Below are positions 22,157 through 24,000 of a stretch of 24,000 bases of DNA, piece after piece. Position 1 is the stretch's first letter, and the number at the start of each line of letters is the position of its first letter. Source of the stretch: Bacillus pseudomycoides (GTDB taxonomy: Bacteria; Bacillota; Bacilli; Bacillales; Bacillaceae_G); contig NZ_CP064266.1 of the NCBI RefSeq assembly GCF_022811845.1, forward strand, positions 3,586,314 through 3,610,313, written 5' to 3'. Both the position numbers and the translations under genes were made by a program. Under the pieces are notes generated by a model that was not told where the DNA came from, ran no database searches, and worked only from the letters and a program-made list of their open reading frames with translations.

Positions 22157-23497
22157 ATGAAACAGACGGAGCAATGGACTTCGAAATTAGGTTTTATAAT
22201 GGCCGCAGCAGGATCTGCAATTGGACTTGGTGCAATATGGAAGTTTCCCTATATTGCTGGGAAGAGCGGGGGAGGAGCATTCTTTTTAATCTTTATATTG
22301 TTTACGGTATTAATAGGTCTTCCGTTATTGATAGCTGAATTTATGATAGGGCGCAGTACACAAAAACAAGCAGTTGGAGCATTTAAAAGTATCGCACCAA
22401 ATACAGGTTGGCATTGGATTGGACGCCTTGGCGTTGGAACTTGTTTTATTTTGTTATCGTTTTATAGTGTTGTTGGTGGCTGGGTATTAATCTATTTATT
22501 CAGAGGAATAACTGGACAATTGATTACACCACAGCAAAATTACAGTTCTTTATTTACAGAAACAATTGGAGATCCTGTTTGGGCAATTGCTGGACATTTT
22601 GCCTTTATGTTTATTACGATTTGGGTGGTATCAAAAGGGGTACAAAATGGAATTGAAAAAGCGAGTAAATATATGTTACCGGCATTGTTTGTTCTGTTTG
22701 TCGCTCTTATTGTTCGCTCTTTAACACTTGATGATGCGATGAAAGGGGTTAAATTCTTCTTGCAGCCTGATTTCTCAAAAATCACATCAGAAAGTATTTT
22801 GTTTGCAATGGGGCAATCATTCTTTGCGATTAGTATAGGGATTTCAATTATGGGCACGTATAGTTCTTATTTAAATAAAAAAGAAAGTTTACCACGTTCA
22901 GCGGTAACAATTGTTGGATTGAACCTATTTGTTTCTTTATTTGCAGGGCTTGCTATCTTTCCAGCAGTATTTTCACTAGGAATGGAGCCGACAGAAGGAC
23001 CAGGTTTGTTATTTATCGTATTACCATCTGTATTTAGTCAAATTCCATTTGGGAATTTCTTCTTAACAGTATTTCTTGCGCTATTTACATTTGCAACGTT
23101 AACATCTGCGTTTTCCCTACTTGAAACGGTTGTTTCAGCACTAGCGAATGGGCAGCAAGAAAGAAGAAAGAGGTTGTCGTGGATAATTGGATTTTTAATT
23201 TTCTTAATAGGTATCCCATCTGCACTTTCATTTGGTGTATGGAGTGATATTACAATCTTCGGTAAAAACATTTTTGATGCGGTAGACTTTTTATCTAGTA
23301 ATATTTTAATGCCATTTGGAGCTTTGTTTATTAGTATTTTCGTCTCATTTAAAATGGAGAAAAAGGTACTGAAAGCAGAATTTTTTGTTGGCGGGAATTA
23401 CGGGAAATCAGTATTTAGTTGCTGGGTGTTTTTACTTCGATATGTTGCGCCGATTGCGATTGTCATTGTCTTTTTGAATGTGATTGGGATTATTTAA
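22157..23497 (+). CDS. Sodium-dependent NSS/SNF-family transporter (probable amino-acid:Na+ symporter)
   Basis: GGAGG RBS and a 446-aa polytopic membrane protein. The N-terminal signature [37 protein letters not shown] is typical of bacterial neurotransmitter:sodium symporter homologues. Confidence 0.9.
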   Translation: MKQTEQWTSKLGFIMAAAGSAIGLGAIWKFPYIAGKSGGGAFFLIFILFTVLIGLPLLIAEFMIGRSTQKQAVGAFKSIAPNTGWHWIGRLGVGTCFILLSFYSVVGGWVLIYLFRGITGQLITPQQNYSSLFTETIGDPVWAIAGHFAFMFITIWVVSKGVQNGIEKASKYMLPALFVLFVALIVRSLTLDDAMKGVKFFLQPDFSKITSESILFAMGQSFFAISIGISIMGTYSSYLNKKESLPRSAVTIVGLNLFVSLFAGLAIFPAVFSLGMEPTEGPGLLFIVLPSVFSQIPFGNFFLTVFLALFTFATLTSAFSLLETVVSALANGQQERRKRLSWIIGFLIFLIGIPSALSFGVWSDITIFGKNIFDAVDFLSSNILMPFGALFISIFVSFKMEKKVLKAEFFVGGNYGKSVFSCWVFLLRYVAPIAIVIVFLNVIGII

Positions 23498-23542
23498 ATG
23501 TAAATGATTGAATATTCAGAAATCATTTGAGGTGCTTAAGGG

Positions 23543-23582
23543 AAAAACCAACCGAATTATTAAAAAAATGCGGTTGGTTTTT
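23543..23582 (+). terminator. Rho-independent terminator
   Basis: aaaaaccaaccg (23543-23554) pairs with cggttggttttt (23571-23582). Confidence 0.75.
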
Positions 23583-23604
23583 AGCCTGAATAAGTAAATC
23601 AATT

Positions 23605-24000
23605 TTATTTATTAAAAGTTATTTTCCCTTTAACATTATTTACTTTTATTTTATCGCTTTTTGCACCTAAGATGGTAACGTGCTTTTCAATATTATTGAT
23701 ATCAGCTGAACCATCACCAACTTTGGCTCTTATAGATCCTTTTATATCCGTAATAACAACTTTGCCGTTATTATTATCAAGATTAATGTCAGAATTTGTA
23801 TGTGCAATATCTACATTTCCATCTCTATTTGTTACACTTACAGTTCCATTAACGTTGGAAATGTTAATATTACCGTTGACATTAAGTATATTTATATCTG
23901 AATCGAGATTAGAGACTTTGATATTGCCGTCTCTATGATTTTCTTTAAATTCTACTTTTATGTTTTTAGGTAATGATAGTTTGACATCAACCCAAGTTTC
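23605..24000 (-). CDS. 3' part of a beta-strand-repeat protein (DUF4097/LiaG-like putative adhesin), 5' end outside the window
   Basis: The minus-strand frame is open from 24000 to the TAA at 23607-23605: ..NIKVSNLDSDINILNVNGNINISNVNGTVSVTNRDGNVDIAHTNSDINLDNNNGKVVITDIKGSIRAKVGDGSADINN.. This shows a periodic (N/D)G.I.I motif. It is absent from the ORF track because no Met lies inside the window. Confidence 0.65.
   Translation of the reverse strand, partial: ETWVDVKLSLPKNIKVEFKENHRDGNIKVSNLDSDINILNVNGNINISNVNGTVSVTNRDGNVDIAHTNSDINLDNNNGKVVITDIKGSIRAKVGDGSADINNIEKHVTILGAKSDKIKVNNVKGKITFNK

Noticed and set aside
18114-23938. Track ORFs 18114-18410 (+), 19464-19697 (-), 22540-22857 (-), 23038-23271 (-) and 23672-23938 (+), and also 13173-13397 (-)
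   Set aside because: All are antisense to, or overlap, well-supported genes (lipoprotein, HEAR-like gene, NSS transporter, DUF4097-like gene, membrane protein) and lack RBS or recognisable motifs.

Overview
Low-GC Firmicute DNA that looks like the Bacillus cereus group (alpha/beta SASP gene, T-box leader, IS200/IS605 tnpA, AT-rich hairpin terminators); the taxon is inferred, not searched. Bases 1 to about 21300 are an accessory toxin/immunity island, and 21700-24000 is ordinary housekeeping. The core, 844-12838 on the + strand, is a type VII secretion-style polymorphic toxin locus. It holds two full-length toxins (844-2148 and 3723-4856). Each has an N-terminal WXG100-like hairpin, a Lys-rich linker, a pre-toxin-TG-like segment, a conserved pre-toxin region of about 125 aa and a different C-terminal toxin domain, and each is followed by a small immunity gene. 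Downstream are four orphan cassettes that lack a start codon and the WXG100 domain (starting about 6837, 8387, 9930 and 11708). Each begins inside the PT-TG segment, carries its own toxin tip and immunity gene, and is preceded by a roughly 75 bp repeat (terminator hairpin plus TATAAT). Several orphans are frameshifted or truncated, and the pre-toxin regions are visibly mosaic. Other remnants and immunity genes are scattered through the locus: a toxin tail with an Imm22-like gene, a decayed pentapeptide-repeat gene, an ankyrin remnant and a SUFU-like gene. Two further toxin-remnant/immunity clusters lie at 15413-17629 (two paralogous immunity genes with toxin tails, plus a truncated toxin fragment abutting an IS200/IS605 tnpA pseudogene) and at 19504-21236 (a frameshifted HEAR-repeat protein, a nuclease-like tail, an immunity-like gene and a SMI1/KNR4 gene). 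Housekeeping features are a SASP gene, a lipoprotein, a Leu (CUC) T-box leader with a consensus sigma-A promoter driving an NSS/SNF sodium symporter, and a partial DUF4097-like beta-repeat gene at the right edge. All family assignments come from motif recognition by eye; no database search was run.
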